DNA of 64,000 nucleotides from Octopus vulgaris (lineage: Eukaryota), in the NCBI GenBank assembly GCA_951406725.2, contig OX597821.1, positions 95,356,001-95,420,000 on the forward strand, given 5' to 3'. Numbering within the stretch: position 1 is the stretch's first letter; each line of letters opens with the position of its first letter. Of the stretch, positions 13,541 through 28,202 are shown in pieces. A program made the position numbers and the translations under genes. The notes below the pieces were generated by a model. That model was not told where the DNA came from, ran no database searches, and saw nothing but the letters and a program-made list of their open reading frames with translations.

Positions 13541-14288
13541 ATCTTACATTGAAAGTGGAACTTGAAAGATTGGATGATGGCTTGACGAAAGGAAGGAGAG
13601 CATTATTTTTGTCATGAAGGCTTTTAATCTCTTCTATAACACAACTTCTATGGCTTAGCCACAAGACAAATGAAAACTACTCCTTCTTCTCGGTAGAAGG
13701 AAGGTAGTAAGAACGATAGATTCAATCGTTGGCTAGATCCGTCTTACATGAAATAACAATAAATAATTATTCAACTGCATATAGAAATTCTTTTGAATAA
13801 ATGTGGTCGTAAAACCGGCTTCTCAAATCAATTCAATTTATTAATAGAAACTCTTTCATTTACGCTACTCCATATTCAAACCAATACCTTTTTTTAAAAG
13901 TTTCTTTAGTTTCAAGGTTTTTATTTTCACACAGCTTTTTTTTTTCTCTCGCTTCCTTGTTTCCGTGTAATTTTTTTTTTTCTCAACATATGTTCACAAT
14001 CCTTTATACTGCCAAGTTTCTTTGTTGCAAATGCCATTAATCAAAGCATCGTATCAATACATACACATACACGGAAACACGAAGCAAAGAAACAAAGACA
14101 TACATACGTTTACACATACAGACAGACAGACAGACACACACACATACATTCATATGCACATAGTATTCCACGCATGCACACACACACACGCACACGCACA
14201 TGCTCACACGGTCATACACACACACACGCACACAGCCATTAACCCACTTCATTTGTCTCGTGTACAATTAACTTCGCTAGAGTCGATA

Positions 14289-14675
14289 TCTCTCTATATA
14301 TAAACGGCAGTTTGTCTGTGTGTGTGTCTGTGTGTCTGTCAGGTTGTACCCTCACCCTGACCACGGCTTTCAACCGATTCTGATGAAACTTGACACACAC
14401 ATAGCCCAATGTCATAATTCAAAACTAACGCAGCGAAAATTTTGAAAAGTTCCCCCAGTGCTGAAAGTAATCGATAAATTCGACATGGGGTCGAGAATCA
14501 GAAACACAAACCACAGACTGTCTAGGGGACGCAACTCGACCTTTTTAACTGTCAAAAAAATTTACCATAATTTTTTTGCTATTTTTTGGCTCTCTAAAAA
14601 CTCTCTAAAACTCTCTAAAAATGCTTTATAGTTATTTCTCTTACAAACCCGAGCAACGCCGGGCGATACTACTAG
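14289..14675 (+). mobile_element. Non-autonomous Helitron
   Basis: A|TC start, subterminal hairpin cccgagcaacgccggg, CTAG|T end, no TSD. Related 3' ends at 20490 and 54042. Confidence 0.85.
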
Positions 14676-14868
14676 TTGCCATATAAATGACGACATAGAC
14701 ACAGGAGTGGCTGTGTGCAAAGTAGTTTGCTTACCAACCACATGGTTCCGGGTTCAGTCCTACTGCCAGGCATCTTGGGCAAGTGTCTTCTACTATAGCC
14801 TCGGGCTGACCAAAGCCTTCTGAGTGAATTTGGTAGACTGAAACTGAAAGAAGCCCGTTGTATATATA

Positions 14869-14931
<63 letters not shown>

Positions 14932-15597
14932 TGTCTGTGTTTGTCACCTCACCATCGCTTGACAACCGATGCTGGTGTGTTTACGTCCCCGTAAATTAGC
15001 GGTTCGGCAACATAGAATGATACAATAAGTACTAGGCTTACAAAGGATGAGTCCTGGGGTCGATTTGTTAGACTAAAGGCGGTGTTCCATCATGGCCGCA
15101 GTCAAATGACTGAAACAAGTAAAAGAGTAAGTGAGTATAAATACATACATACATACATACATACATACATACATACATACATACATACATACATACATGC
15201 ATACATACATACATACATACATACATACATACATGCATACATGCATACATACATACATACATACATACATACATGCATGGCTATACATACATACATACAT
15301 ACATACATGCATACATACATACATACATACATACATACATACATGCATGCATACATACAGACATACATACATGCATGGCTATACATACATACATACATAC
15401 ATACATACATACATACATACATACATCCATACATACATACATACATACGTACACACATACATACGTACATACACGTATACATACATACATGTATACATAC
15501 ATACATACGTACATACGTACATACATACATACACGCATACATACATACATACATACATACATACATACATACATACATACATACATACATACATACA

Positions 15598-16022
15598 GGC
15601 ACCTCCTTGGGCAACATTCTTTATCTGATAACCAAGAATACATGCCCAAAGAAGTCGCACGTATCATCACATGACAGGATGAGTCTATATGAACAGAAGA
15701 CTAAACGTAGATATGTTAGTAGAAAGATCCGAGATGATAGTAACATTGATAATCAAAGCAGGCAATCGTGGACCAATAGCCGGATTACTACCTTCCACTT
15801 TGAAGGGTATGCGTTTGCAATCCAGGAACAGGAAATATCAACCAAATACCTAATGAAGAAAAGGGATAGAGGTGTAGGAAAAACAGTAAAATGTGACAAC
15901 CGATGCAGACTTTGTGGAGTTAACAGCGAAGGTATCACCCACATCATAAGCAGTTGTCTGAAAATGTCATCATGGTATTATCTACCGATGAGACATGTTA
16001 TAGCTAGGACACTCTATAGTGA
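15598..16022 (+). pseudogene. R4/Dong-like (RLE-type) LINE fragment
   Basis: EGYAFAIQEQEISTKY...CRLCGVNSEGITHIISSC...YYLPMRH: AIQEQ motif, CCHC knuckle and RH preceding a restriction-like endonuclease. A smaller piece lies at ~34815-34905. Confidence 0.85.
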
Positions 16023-16038
16023 AATACACACATACACG

Positions 16039-16082
<44 letters not shown>

Positions 16083-17000
16083 CGTACGTACGTATGTATG
16101 TATGTATGTATGTATGTATGTATGTATGTATGTATGTATGTATGTATGTATGTATGTATTGGTAATGATAAATTTTCGTCGAAAAATTCTTAAAAGTAAT
16201 AACGTAAATATTTTATTTTTAGTATATTATATTTCATTCCATTTCCGTGGAAAATTTGAAGACTTTTTGTACCTGTATATGAAAACTAAGAAATAATTCT
16301 TTTATTTTCCTTCTGATTAACATTGCTATTACAATTACGACGAAATGGCAGAAACGTTAGCACGCCGGGCGAAATGCTTCGCGGTATTTCGTCTGTCGCT
16401 CCGTTCTGAGTTCAAATTCTCCCGAGGTCGTCTTTACCTTTTATCCTTTCGGGGTAGATAAATTAAGTACCAATTTCTTTACTTCCTACAAGAAGCTAAA
16501 CACAGAGGGGACAAACAAGGACAGACAAACGGATTAAGTCGATTATATCGACCCCAGTGCGAAACTGGTACTTATTTAATCGACCCCGAAAGGATGAAAG
16601 GCAAAGTTGACCTCGGGAGGAATTTGAACTCAGAACGTAACGGCAGGCGAAATACGGCTACGCATTTCGCCCGGCGTGCTAACGTTTCTGCCAGGTCGCC
16701 GCCTTAATTAAGTACCAGTTACACACTCGGGGTGGGTGGGGATCTAATCGACTAGACCCCTCCCTCCAAATTTCGAGCCTTGTGCCTAGAATAGAAAAGA
16801 ATACTTGGTGGGTATTTCGCTCGTCCTTAAGCTTTGAGTTCAAATTTCGCCGAAGTCGACTTTTATCCTTTCCGAGTCGATAGAATAAGTACCAGTTGTG
16901 CAGTGGGATCGATGAAATCGACTAGATTCTTCCGCCCAAATTTCAGGCTTTGTGCCAATATACCATTACCAATATCCTATAAACAAAATAATCTTATTCC

Positions 17001-18632
17001 AATCCATCCATCCATCCATCCACCCACCCATACCATCCATCCATCCATCCAACCATCCATCCATCCATCCATCCATTCATCCATCCACCCAACCAACCAT
17101 CCACCCATCCATCCATCCATCCATCCATCCATCCATACACCCATCCATCCATCCATCCATCCACCCACCCACCCACCCAACCATCCATCCATCCATCCAC
17201 CCACCCACCCACCCATCCATCCATCCATCCAACCAACCATCCATCCATCCATCCATCCATCCATCCATCCATCCATCCTTCCATCCATCCATCCATCCAT
17301 CCATCCATCCACCCAACCATCCATCCATCCATCCATCCATCCACCCACCCACCCACCCACCCATCCATCCAACCATCCATCCATCCATCCATCCAACCAT
17401 CCATCCATCCATCCATCCAACCATCCATCCATCCATCCAACCATCCATCCATCCATCCATCCATCCATCCATCCATCCATCCATCCATCCATCCATCCAT
17501 CCACCCAACCATCCATCCATCCATCCATCCACCCACCCACCCACCCATCCATCCATCCATCCAACCATTCATCCATCCAACCATCCATCCATCCATCCAT
17601 CCATCCATCCATCTATCCATCCATCCATCCATCCATCCATCCACCCAACCATCCATCCATCCATCCATCCATCCATCCACCCACCCACCCACCCATCCAT
17701 CCATCCATCCATCCATCCAACCATTCATCCATCCATCCATCCATCCATCCATCCATCCATCCATCCATCCATCCATCCATCCATCCATCCATCCATCCAC
17801 CCAACCATCCATCCATCCATCCATCCATCCATCCACCCACCCACCCACCCATCCATCCATCCATCCATCCATCCATCCAACCATTCATCCATCCAACCAT
17901 CCATCCATCCATCCACCCAACCATCCATCCATCCATCCATCCACCCACCCACCCACCCACCCATCCATCCAACCATCCGTCCATCCATCCAACCATCCAT
18001 CCATCCATCCATCCATCCATCCATCCATCTATCCATCCGTCCATCCATCCATCCATCCACCCACCCACCCACCCATCCATCCGTCCATCCATCCAACCAT
18101 CCATCCATCCATCCATCCATCCATCCATCCATCCATCCATCCATCCATCCATCTATCCATCCATCCATCCATCCATCCATCCATCCATCCATCCATCCAT
18201 CCATCCATCTATCCATCCATCCATCTATCCATCCATCCATCCATCCATCCATCCATCCATCCATCCATCCATCCATCCATCCATCCTTCCATCCATCCAT
18301 CCACCCAACCATCCATCCATCCTTCCATCCATCCATCCACCCACCCACCCACCCATCCATCCATCCATCCATCCACCCAACCATCCATCCATCCATCCAC
18401 CCACCCACCCACCCATCCATCCTTCCATCCATCCATCCTTCCATCCATCCATCCACCCACCCACCCATCCATCCATCCATCCATCCAACCATCCATCCAT
18501 CCATGAATCCATCTATCCATCCATCCATCCATCCACCCAACCATCCATCCATCCTTCCATCCATCCATCCACCCACCCACCCATCCATCCATCCATCCAT
18601 CCATCCATCCATCCAACGATCCATCCATCCAT

Positions 18633-18668
<36 letters not shown>

Positions 18669-18677
18669 CCATCCATC
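17001..18677 (+). repeat. 1.7-kb (TCCA)n microsatellite with CCCA/ACCA variant blocks
   Basis: Direct inspection; this tract explains the 630-aa and 593-aa ORFs. Confidence 0.98.
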
Positions 18678-20392
18678 TGCACGCGTGCGGTGTATGCGCG
18701 TGTGGTACTTCAAACTGCATAAATAGGACTTGAATACATGAGTATATACAAACTTTGGACCGGTTCAAATATATTTAAGTGATATTTGAACTTGTGAAGG
18801 CTTTTTACAATAGCATGAAATACAGAAAAAAATTTCCGTTTAATACAAATCTGTGTAAAAACATCATAGTCAGCTTAGAAGTCTTTCTTTTGGACTGATA
18901 GGTACATTTCGAAATCGTTGGTTCTCTTTTGCATTAGATACCAAGAGAGGCAACTCTGAACTGACTAGGAAGCAAATCTTTCTTTATTAGAAATCATTCA
19001 ACTTAACCGAAAGTGCGCATTGTCCACCAGGTCGGAACAAAGTCCTAGTAGATGTGCGAAACGGTTGCAAAGAATAAAGAAAGTTAAGACTAGTTCAAAT
19101 ATGTTTGAGGGATATTTGAATCTACAAAGTCTTTTCACTGCAGTTTGTCACAGAGAGAAAATTCTCACTTAAGGCAAAATAGTATTAAAATAATAACATA
19201 GTCACTTTAGATTCGCTTCACTTGGTATCTGGTGCTGGAGAGAACCAGCAAGTTCGAAATGCATCTACCTGTCCCAAAAGTGTTATCCAGTTAACCAGTG
19301 TTATATAGCGGGGCTGGCCAGCAAACCTTGTTCAAGATTCAACCTGACCAAGTGAGAAGACCTGACAAGTCGCTAGAAAATGCCTGTTTCAGACATCTTT
19401 CTTTAGGTCACTGATATGCTGTTATATAATAACTACTACATATATGGAAAATTCTGTCTGTGGGGGAGTTTATGGAGTTGTTAGCTAACGCATCCTATAT
19501 CGTTTTATCGATTTTGATGAAACTTTACACGTGAGTAGAACCCATAGCATACTCAGATTGTTGAAAAACATCGATAATAAGGCCCCTGGAAGGGATCCTT
19601 ATATATATATCTAATATATTTCATGTTAATAGCCAAGGGAAATAACCCATTCGTCCAGATTTTAAGAGCCAGTTAAAATAACCCATTAATTTTCCCAAAT
19701 CATTTGGTATAAATCAAATTGAGTATGCTTATTTCTTAGTATTTGAACTGTTAGGGTTTTTTTTTCGCAATTTATCCAGTACAACCCTTAAACAAGTAAA
19801 TAGTATTTTCCTAAACAATAGATCCACGTATTTCGGTTAGTGACTCATTCGCGAATATACCAACACTAGCGCCCATGAGAGTAATATTCTCTGGGAATGT
19901 AGAAAAGCCCTTTTCAGAGTTATTTACTTTGAATTGTTATTATTTCATATCTGATTAGCCTGTTATTACGTAACACGCTTCACGATTTTGGTATACATGC
20001 CTTATTAGTATTCCCTCCTAAGTTCTATTTGCTCTGGGAACGCATTAAAGCCCTTTTCGGGGCTACTTTATTTGAATTCTTACTATCGGGTAACTAATTT
20101 TATGTTATTACGTAACTGACTTCACAATTTGGGTGTTCATAACTTATTGGGAATTCCTAAAAACAAGATCCCGTGTAAGACAGTTCGATATTCTCTATAA
20201 ATGCACAAAAACCGTTTTAAGGGCTTCATACTTTATATTGTTGTTATTGGATTAGCGAAACAATTATGAGAATGGATCCAAGGGATATTAATTGAAGAGA
20301 TGGCCTTCTTCTGTAAAGAAGTGGCAATCACCATATTGTGCATGCATGTGTATGCGGGGGGTGGGGGTGCGTGTACATGCACAGGCACATAC

Positions 20393-20425
<33 letters not shown>

Positions 20426-20431
20426 CATACA

Positions 20432-20489
<58 letters not shown>

Positions 20490-20490
<1 letters not shown>

Positions 20491-20788
20491 TAGCAGTATC
20501 GCCCGGCGTTGCTCGGGTTTGTAAAGGAAATAACTATATCAGCATTTTTAGATAGTTACTTCCCTTATATAATAGCAAAAAAATGCTTTAAAAATGAGAA
20601 AAAATGATGGTAAATTTTTTTTAAATCGTCGACTCATCGTAGACGCGCGCTAATACCCAGAAGGGCTCGATATGAATCACGACTATAAGATACCCGCTTT
20701 TGGTTAAACTGCACCGCAAAATGTGGGAGTAGTTAGGAATCTAAATCGTAGGAGACAGACACTCACACAACTTCACTTTTATATATAA
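20490..20788 (-). mobile_element. Non-autonomous Helitron
   Basis: Plus strand ctagcagtatcgcccggcgttgctcggg is the reverse complement of the hairpin + CTAG end. Body matches 54042-54437. Confidence 0.82.
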
Positions 20789-20844
<56 letters not shown>

Positions 20845-21931
20845 GTTTTTCCCAAACCTCTACTTCCTCATCTAATCTTAGGTAGAAACTCTCGATATCA
20901 TTGTATGACTGTTATCACTGGGAAAGAGGAACATGCTTGAAAGGGCAGAGGTTGAATGTAGGGAAGTGGATTAAATGTCAAAAGCCTTCAGAATAATTAA
21001 TGTGTTTTAAGATAAGAACCGAAAGCATATTGTAATAGAAAAAATTAAGTTCCATCTAGTTTACATAGCCCATATGACACACACACGTATATGCATACAC
21101 AAACGCATACACAAGCTTACACAGACAAATGTAAAAAAAAAATGTACATAGGCGCAGGAGTGGCTGTGTGGTAAGTAGCTTGTTTACCAACCACATGGTC
21201 CCGGGTTCAGTCCCACTGCGTGGCACCTTAGGCAAGTGTCTTCTACTATAGCCTCGGGCCGACCAAAGCCTTGTGAGTGGATTTGGTAGACGGAAACTGA
21301 AAGAAGCCCGTCCTATATATGTATGTGTGCGTGTATGTTTGTGTGTCTGTGTTTGTCCCATCCAACATCGCTTGACAACCGATGCTGGTGTGTTTATGTC
21401 CCCGTAACTTAGCGGTTCGGCAAAAGAGACCGATAGAATAAGTACTGGGCGTACAAATAATAAGTCCCGGGGCCGAGTTGCTCGATTAAAGGCCGTGCTC
21501 CAACATGGCCGCAGTCAAATGACTGAAACAAGTAAAAGAGTATATATATTAGTTTCAAACTTTGGTACAAGGACAACAAGTTCGGCAGAGGGGATTAGTC
21601 ACTTACATAGATCCCAAAACTCAACTGGCACTTATTTTTATCGATCCCGAAAAGTATAAAAGGAAAAAAAAAAAATTGGCCTCGGCAGAATTTGAATTCA
21701 GAACATGAAGACGGACGAAATGCTGCGAGGCATTTTGCCCGTCGTGCTAACGATTCTGCCAGCTCGCCGCCTTCCATATGTTCATATATATCAATAAATA
21801 CATATATGTATCTTATATGTACTTCGAATGATGGAGCTTTGTATCTTCGTTAAAAACCAACTCCTTCCTCAGAGGAAGAATTTGAATAAGTAAAACTTGT
21901 GGAAAATATACTCATATACTTTTACGCACAC

Positions 21932-22095
21932 AGTTGTATTTACCAGATCTGTTCAGTTTGGCGCACAGATTTTTTAATTATTTTTTTTTTAACTAAACTG
22001 TTTGAAACCTCGTTTACTGGTGGAATTTCTCATCCAGAACACGGTTTACTTTGAACATTTTTGACAAAATTTCGTATTGTAAAAGTTTGTTTATG
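21932..22095 (+). mobile_element. Solo arm of the TIR element family at 24355-25487
   Basis: gatctgttcagtttggcgcacagatttt...tttgacaaaatttcgtatt matches 24355-24490. Confidence 0.75.
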
Positions 22096-22170
22096 TATGT
22101 GTTTTTCATATATGTGGGTATGTACGTACGTACGTATGTATGTATGTATGTATGTATGTATGTATGTATG

Positions 22171-22201
<31 letters not shown>

Positions 22202-22879
22202 TATCCACCGTAGCCTCTGGCTGAAACCGATAATAGAATAATAGAATTTATGTGCGTGGCAAACGACGAGACAAAGTGCATATCGGAAATCATAACGCAT
22301 TTTAAATCTGATAAGAATATGTATAACTTGCTTAGTTCAAGCCCTAAACAACAGAAGTCACTTTAAAGTCGAATAGGTAGTTCAGTACACAGCATGTCAG
22401 AGACCAGATGTCTGGGAGAATTTAATCAATCAAGTCTTTTGTATCTCACCTTATTAGCATTCAAGACAAGGAATGAAGGAGACAGAGTATTTGCATATCC
22501 AACATTGTGTTTGCGTGTCAATGTTGACAATTTGCTATAATGTATTGGCCTATATATTTATGTGGGAAAAGAGCATTCTAGCTAGAGATGCCAGATTGGA
22601 TGAGGAAATATCTAAATTTGAAAATCGCCTTGAAATTTGATGAAGTTGCGAGACAAAGATATTTACTCTTTTACTCTTTTACTTGTTTCAGTCATTTGAC
22701 TGCGGCCATGCTGGAGCACCACCTTTAATCGAGCAACTCGACCCCGAGACTTATTCTTTGTAAGCCCAGTACTTATTCTATCGGTCTCTTTTGCCGAACC
22801 GCTAATTTACGGGGATATAAACATACCAGCATCGGTTGTCAAGCGATGTTTGAGGGGACAAACACAGACACACAAACAC

Positions 22880-22950
<71 letters not shown>

Positions 22951-24354
22951 CATATATACGACGGGCATCTTTCAGTTTCCGTCTACCAAATTCACTCACA
23001 AGGCTTTGGTCGGCCCGAGGTTATAGTAGAAGACAGTTGTCCAAGGTGCCACGCAGTGGGACTGAACCCGGAACCATGTGGTTGGTAAGCAAGCTACTTA
23101 CCACACAGCCACTTCTTTTTTTTTACTTCATTTTATTTCCACCCGTGTGTATTCTCTTGTGGAAAATGCATCTGGAATGAAGCCAAGGAGATGGTGCCAG
23201 ATCTTGAGATGGGTGTCATATTCTCCCACGGACGTGGAGGTGGAACTCGAAAAAGGAAAAAGATTGTTACGACGATACAACACCTTAAAAATTCGTGTTT
23301 TATATTTTCATTGACAAATGTTCTAGCAGGATTAACTGTACACATTCATGCTTCTAAGCGGTTAGATAGAATTGATCATATCTCGCGAAAATAACCTACA
23401 ATGTCTGAAAGTAAGTCAGGAAAGATAATGAAAGAGTTAGCTCATCAATATCCTACTGACTACGATGAAAATTTTGCAACATAAATGTAACCTTTTACCG
23501 TCAGTATACTCGTATAAAACAAATTTTGAAAAACCCGAACTGAAACTTTGAAATTGTTAAATTTATTAATTGATTAAAAACGTTGTGGCGCAGGAGTGGC
23601 TGTGTGGTAAGAAGCTTGCTAACCAACCACATGGTTCCGGGTTCAGTCCCACTGCGTGGCACCTTGGGCAATTGTCTTCTGCTATAGCCCCGGGCCGACC
23701 AATGCCTTGTGAGTGGATTTGGTAGACGGAAACTGAAAGAAGCCTGTCGTATATATGTATATATATATGTGTGTTTGTTTGTGTGTCTGTGTTTGTTCCC
23801 TCCAACATCGCTTGACAACCGATGCTGGTGCGTTTATGTCCCCGTAACTTAGCGATTCGGCAAAAGAGACCGATAGAATAAGTACTGGGCTTACAAAGAA
23901 TAAGTCCCGGGGTCGAATTGCTCGACTAAAGGCGGTGCTCCAGCATGGCCGCAGTCAAATGATTGAAACAAGTAAAAGAGAGAGAGAGAGAGAGAGTTGT
24001 GAAATATTTTCAAATGTTTATGCCTGAAAATATTGTCGACAATTTCAGCAGCAGGAACTTTTTCTCTTTTTCAGGAACTTTTTCTCTTTTTTCTCTATGT
24101 CAAAAATTTCTTAAGATCAACTATGTTTTAAACCATATTTGTTTATTTATCAAGACTGAATATTGATCTGAGTATTGCCAGGAAAAACTTATTTTGATAA
24201 TGTATCTCAGAAGGCTCATTATGTCAGTTATAGACACACGCGCTGGTTCAGTTTTACTTCTTTATTATTCGTCTATTGATTAACTATTTAACCTTCTAAC
24301 TAATCCATTGTTTGATTAGTTATTCGGTTTCTCAATCAGTCAGTTGTATTGACC

Positions 24355-25487
24355 GGATCTGTTCAGTTTTGCGCACAGATTTTTTAATTAATTTTTTTTC
24401 TAACTAAACTGCTTGAAACTTTGTTTACTTGTGGAATTTATCAACTAGAACACGGTTTACTTTGAACATTTTTGACAAAATTTCGTATTTTAGAAGTTAT
24501 TACGTGTTTAACCATCAACGACATGTATTCAGTTGAAGAAAGCTATTGCTGTTTGCGATTGTAATCGAAAAAGAACAACTTCCGGGTCATCTCTACTAAA
24601 TGTCACCACTCTCTTCTATTTGTAAGTCGAGCGAAGACGATGTCACCTTTACCCTTTCTTCCTTTCTAGTCAGTACCGTGCATTTCTTACTCTTTCTCTT
24701 CCTGCTAGCAGACAGCCACTTCTACACAATCAACTAGCAACCGGCGAGTGAACTTGTCACTGCCACTACAATTACCGTATTTTCCGGTGTATAAGCCACT
24801 ATTTTTTACCTGGAAAATTTAGAGTGCGGCTTATAGAAAAGTGCGACTAATATGTATACTTTTTAATAAGTTTCAGGAGGAAAATAATTTGTGTATGGAG
24901 ATCGACTTATTCCACTGATTTTTTTCAGAGGAAAAGTCAGTTGGTGAACAACATGAAAGACTACGGCTACATTGGTACTTGGGAGAAAACAAAGAATATT
25001 TCTTTTGTTTTATCTTTGTTTTGATAATGTTATTTTGAACCTAATAAAGACTTTTATATTGACGAAATGTGTTTGTTGTTGATTATAATGAGATAACAAC
25101 AAAAAAGCTAGCAGCGGACCCGTAGCTCTATATGTTTACTGGTTACTCCGGCGCGAGAACAAAAAAAAAAAGCGTGTAATATGCAACACAGGTAGTAAAC
25201 AAAAAGTAAAATAGAACAGAATGATGACATTTAGTAGAGATGACCTGGAAGTTTTTCCTCTTCGATTACTATCGCAAACATCAGTAGCTTTCTTCAACTA
25301 AATACACGTCGTTGATTGGCTAAAATTACCCAAATACGACAACTTTAACACGAAATAACTTCCAAAATACGAAATTTTGTCAAAAATGTTCAAAGTAAAC
25401 CGTATTCTGCGTGAGAAATTCCACCAGTATACAAAGCTTCAAACTGGTTAAATTTTTTAAAACCTGTGAGCCAAATTGAACAGATTC
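24355..25487. mobile_element. Non-autonomous DNA element with long (~260 bp) imperfect terminal inverted repeats; contains a pogo/Tigger-like end at ~24774-24860
   Basis: 24355-24612 is the imperfect reverse complement of 25218-25487. No ORF. Exact termini and TSD are not resolved. Confidence 0.75.
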
Positions 25488-26720
25488 TATTTACCAAAGT
25501 CTTTTCGTTGCCATTTATGACCTCTTCTATGACATACCCTTTCTACTCAAAATCAGCTTCAGGTCTGTCTACATAACACAAGAGTTCGCATCAAGAATCT
25601 TCCAAACCAAATACAAAAACAAAATTTTATTTTTTTTATTTATTAAAAAAATTTTTTTTACTTGTTTCAGTCATTTGACTGTGGCCATGCTGGAGCACTG
25701 CTTTGAAGTGTTTTTGTCGAACAATTCGACCCCAAGACTTATTTTTAAGCCTAGTACTTATTCTATTGATCTTTCTGATGAACCACCAAGCTACGGGAAC
25801 GTAAACACACCAACACCGGTTATCAAGCGATGATGGGAGTGCAAACACACACACACACACATACATATATACGACGGGCTTCTTTCAGTTTCCGTCTGTG
25901 ATATCTATTCATAAGGTTTTGGTCGCATTGAGGCTATAGTAGAAGACACTTGCACAAAGTGTTACGCAGTGGGACTGAACGCGGAACCATGTGGTTGGGA
26001 AGCAAGCTTCTTATCACACAGTCACACCTGCGCCGAAATTTTACTGATAAAAAAGGCAGAAAAGCAGAAAACCTCATTTTATTTGCTGATTAGGCTTATC
26101 GTTGCTTTATATAAATTATGTTATCTGGTTGTTGCAGTGCAAAGAGAATAATGTTTTTACTAAAGTTAGTCATATTCAGAGAGCTTCAATAGTGTTGTCT
26201 TAATCATACACGGAATGTTATCCATTATGTTCATTTTGCCTCACAACCATATGTTTCTGTTTTGGTGTATGTCGGGAGGGTCGTTACGTCAATAATAAAC
26301 ACTCGCACTGGTTCAATTTCACGTCTTTATTTTTCCTCCCGAGATACAACAAAGTCTATTTCAGTACACAGATTCACATCAAGAATCTTGCAAACCAAAT
26401 TAAAAAATGATATATACTTCTATATATAAAGGAAACAAGATTGTTTTTTGACCCCTCACTCTCCAGATCAAACAAGACTGCTTCTTGGTCCGAGTGGAGG
26501 GAGGGGCCAAAAAGCAGACTTGTTCCGCTTAGCGAAATTCCTCTCGGAGTCCCAGTCCATTAGTGCCATCAATGCTACCAGTAACACTAATACTAGCCCC
26601 ACTCCAATGTACTTGGCACATTTAATGCATCATCATCATCATCATCATCATTTGGTCCATTTTGGTGTGGTGATGAAAACCCCTATCCATCAGATGCCCA
26701 ATTTGCTGATAGAGGAATGG

Positions 26721-26810
<90 letters not shown>

Positions 26811-27189
26811 TTTAGCTGCGAATACTCAAAAAACAGTGCCGGATAGAATCACTGCATAGTACCCGTTAGCCACCCTATCGGGGTCACGGTGAAATCCTGA
26901 AGCCCTAAAATGAGCAGAAATGCCACCATCATTAGAAAACAGGACGGTAGTAGGGAATGAAATTGGAGATATAAAAAAAAAATACTTTGTCTTCGGATTT
27001 CTTCCCACTTCGCCGAGCAAATTACATATTTTCATGAATCATGGTCTGGGGAAACCTGTCAGTTTGGCTGGCACTGCAATCCTCTATAGGACCTGCGACT
27101 ATAGATGAGAAATTATCAATCAAAAGACAACTACCTCTATCAACATAAACACCACAGCCACCGCTATTCTTAATATTATGACCTCTAGA

Positions 27190-27950
27190 AGGCTGGTAGA
27201 AACGTTAGCGCGCCGGGTGCTAAACGGTATTTCGTCTGCCGCTACGTTCTGAGTTCAAATTCCGCCAAGGTCAACTTTGCCTTTCATCCTTTCGGGGTCG
27301 ATTAAATAAGTACCAGTTACGTACTGGGTCGATATAATCGACTTAATCCGTTTGTCTGTCCTTGTTTGTCCCTTCTGTGTTTAGCTTTTTGTGAGTAGTA
27401 AAGAAATAGGTATTTCGTCTGCCGTTACGTTCTGAGTTCAAATTCCGCCGAGGTCGACTTTGCCTTTCATCCTTTCGGGGTCGATTAAATAAGTACCAGT
27501 TACGTACTGGGGTCGATATAATCGACTTAATCCGTTTTTCTGTCCTTGTTTGTTCCCTCTGTGTTTAGCCCCTTGTGGGTAATAAAGAAATAGGTATTTC
27601 GTCTGCCGTTACGTTCTGAGTTCAAATTCCGCCGAGGTCGACTTTGCCTTTCATCCTTTCGGGGTCGATTAAATAAGTACCAGTTACGTACTGGGGTCGA
27701 TATAATCGACTTAATCCGTTTTTCTGTCCTTGTTTGTTCCCTCTGTGTTTAGCCCCTTGTGGGTAGTAAAGAAATAGAAATAGGTATTTCGTCTGTCTTC
27801 AAGTTCTGAGTTCAAATTCTGCCAAGGTCGACTTTGCTTCTCAACCTTTCGGAGTCGATAAATTAAGTACCAGTTGCGTGCTGGGATGATCTAATCGACT
27901 GGCCCCGCTCCCCAAAAATTTCGGGGCCTTGTGTCTAGAGTTGAAAAGAA
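27190..27950 (+). repeat. Head-to-tail tetramer of the SINE B body
   Basis: Units start at ggtatttcgtctg at 27226, 27409, 27593 and 27783 (periods 183, 184 and 190 bp). Confidence 0.9.
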
Positions 27951-28164
27951 TACTATGACCTCAATCTCCACCGCAGTCGCCACCACCACCACTTCCTAAC
28001 TACTACTGTCAGTTCACACCATCGCCACTCCTGAAAGATACCCCATGTCTTTTCATACTCACCTCGCCTGACTGCTTACGGAAATTTCTAAAGAAGAAAG
28101 TACAATAACAGCATGCATAAGCACCCACGCGCGACACGATACACACGATCACAGACACACACAG

Positions 28165-28202
<38 letters not shown>

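Noticed and set aside
16834-18768. 630-aa, 593-aa and 347-aa ORFs (HPSI / MDGW repeats)
   Set aside because: They are translations of a stop-free (TCCA)n microsatellite, open in many frames on both strands.
27190-27950. CRISPR-like array
   Set aside because: Units are ~184-bp whole-unit repeats with no unique spacers, the context is eukaryotic, and there are no cas genes.
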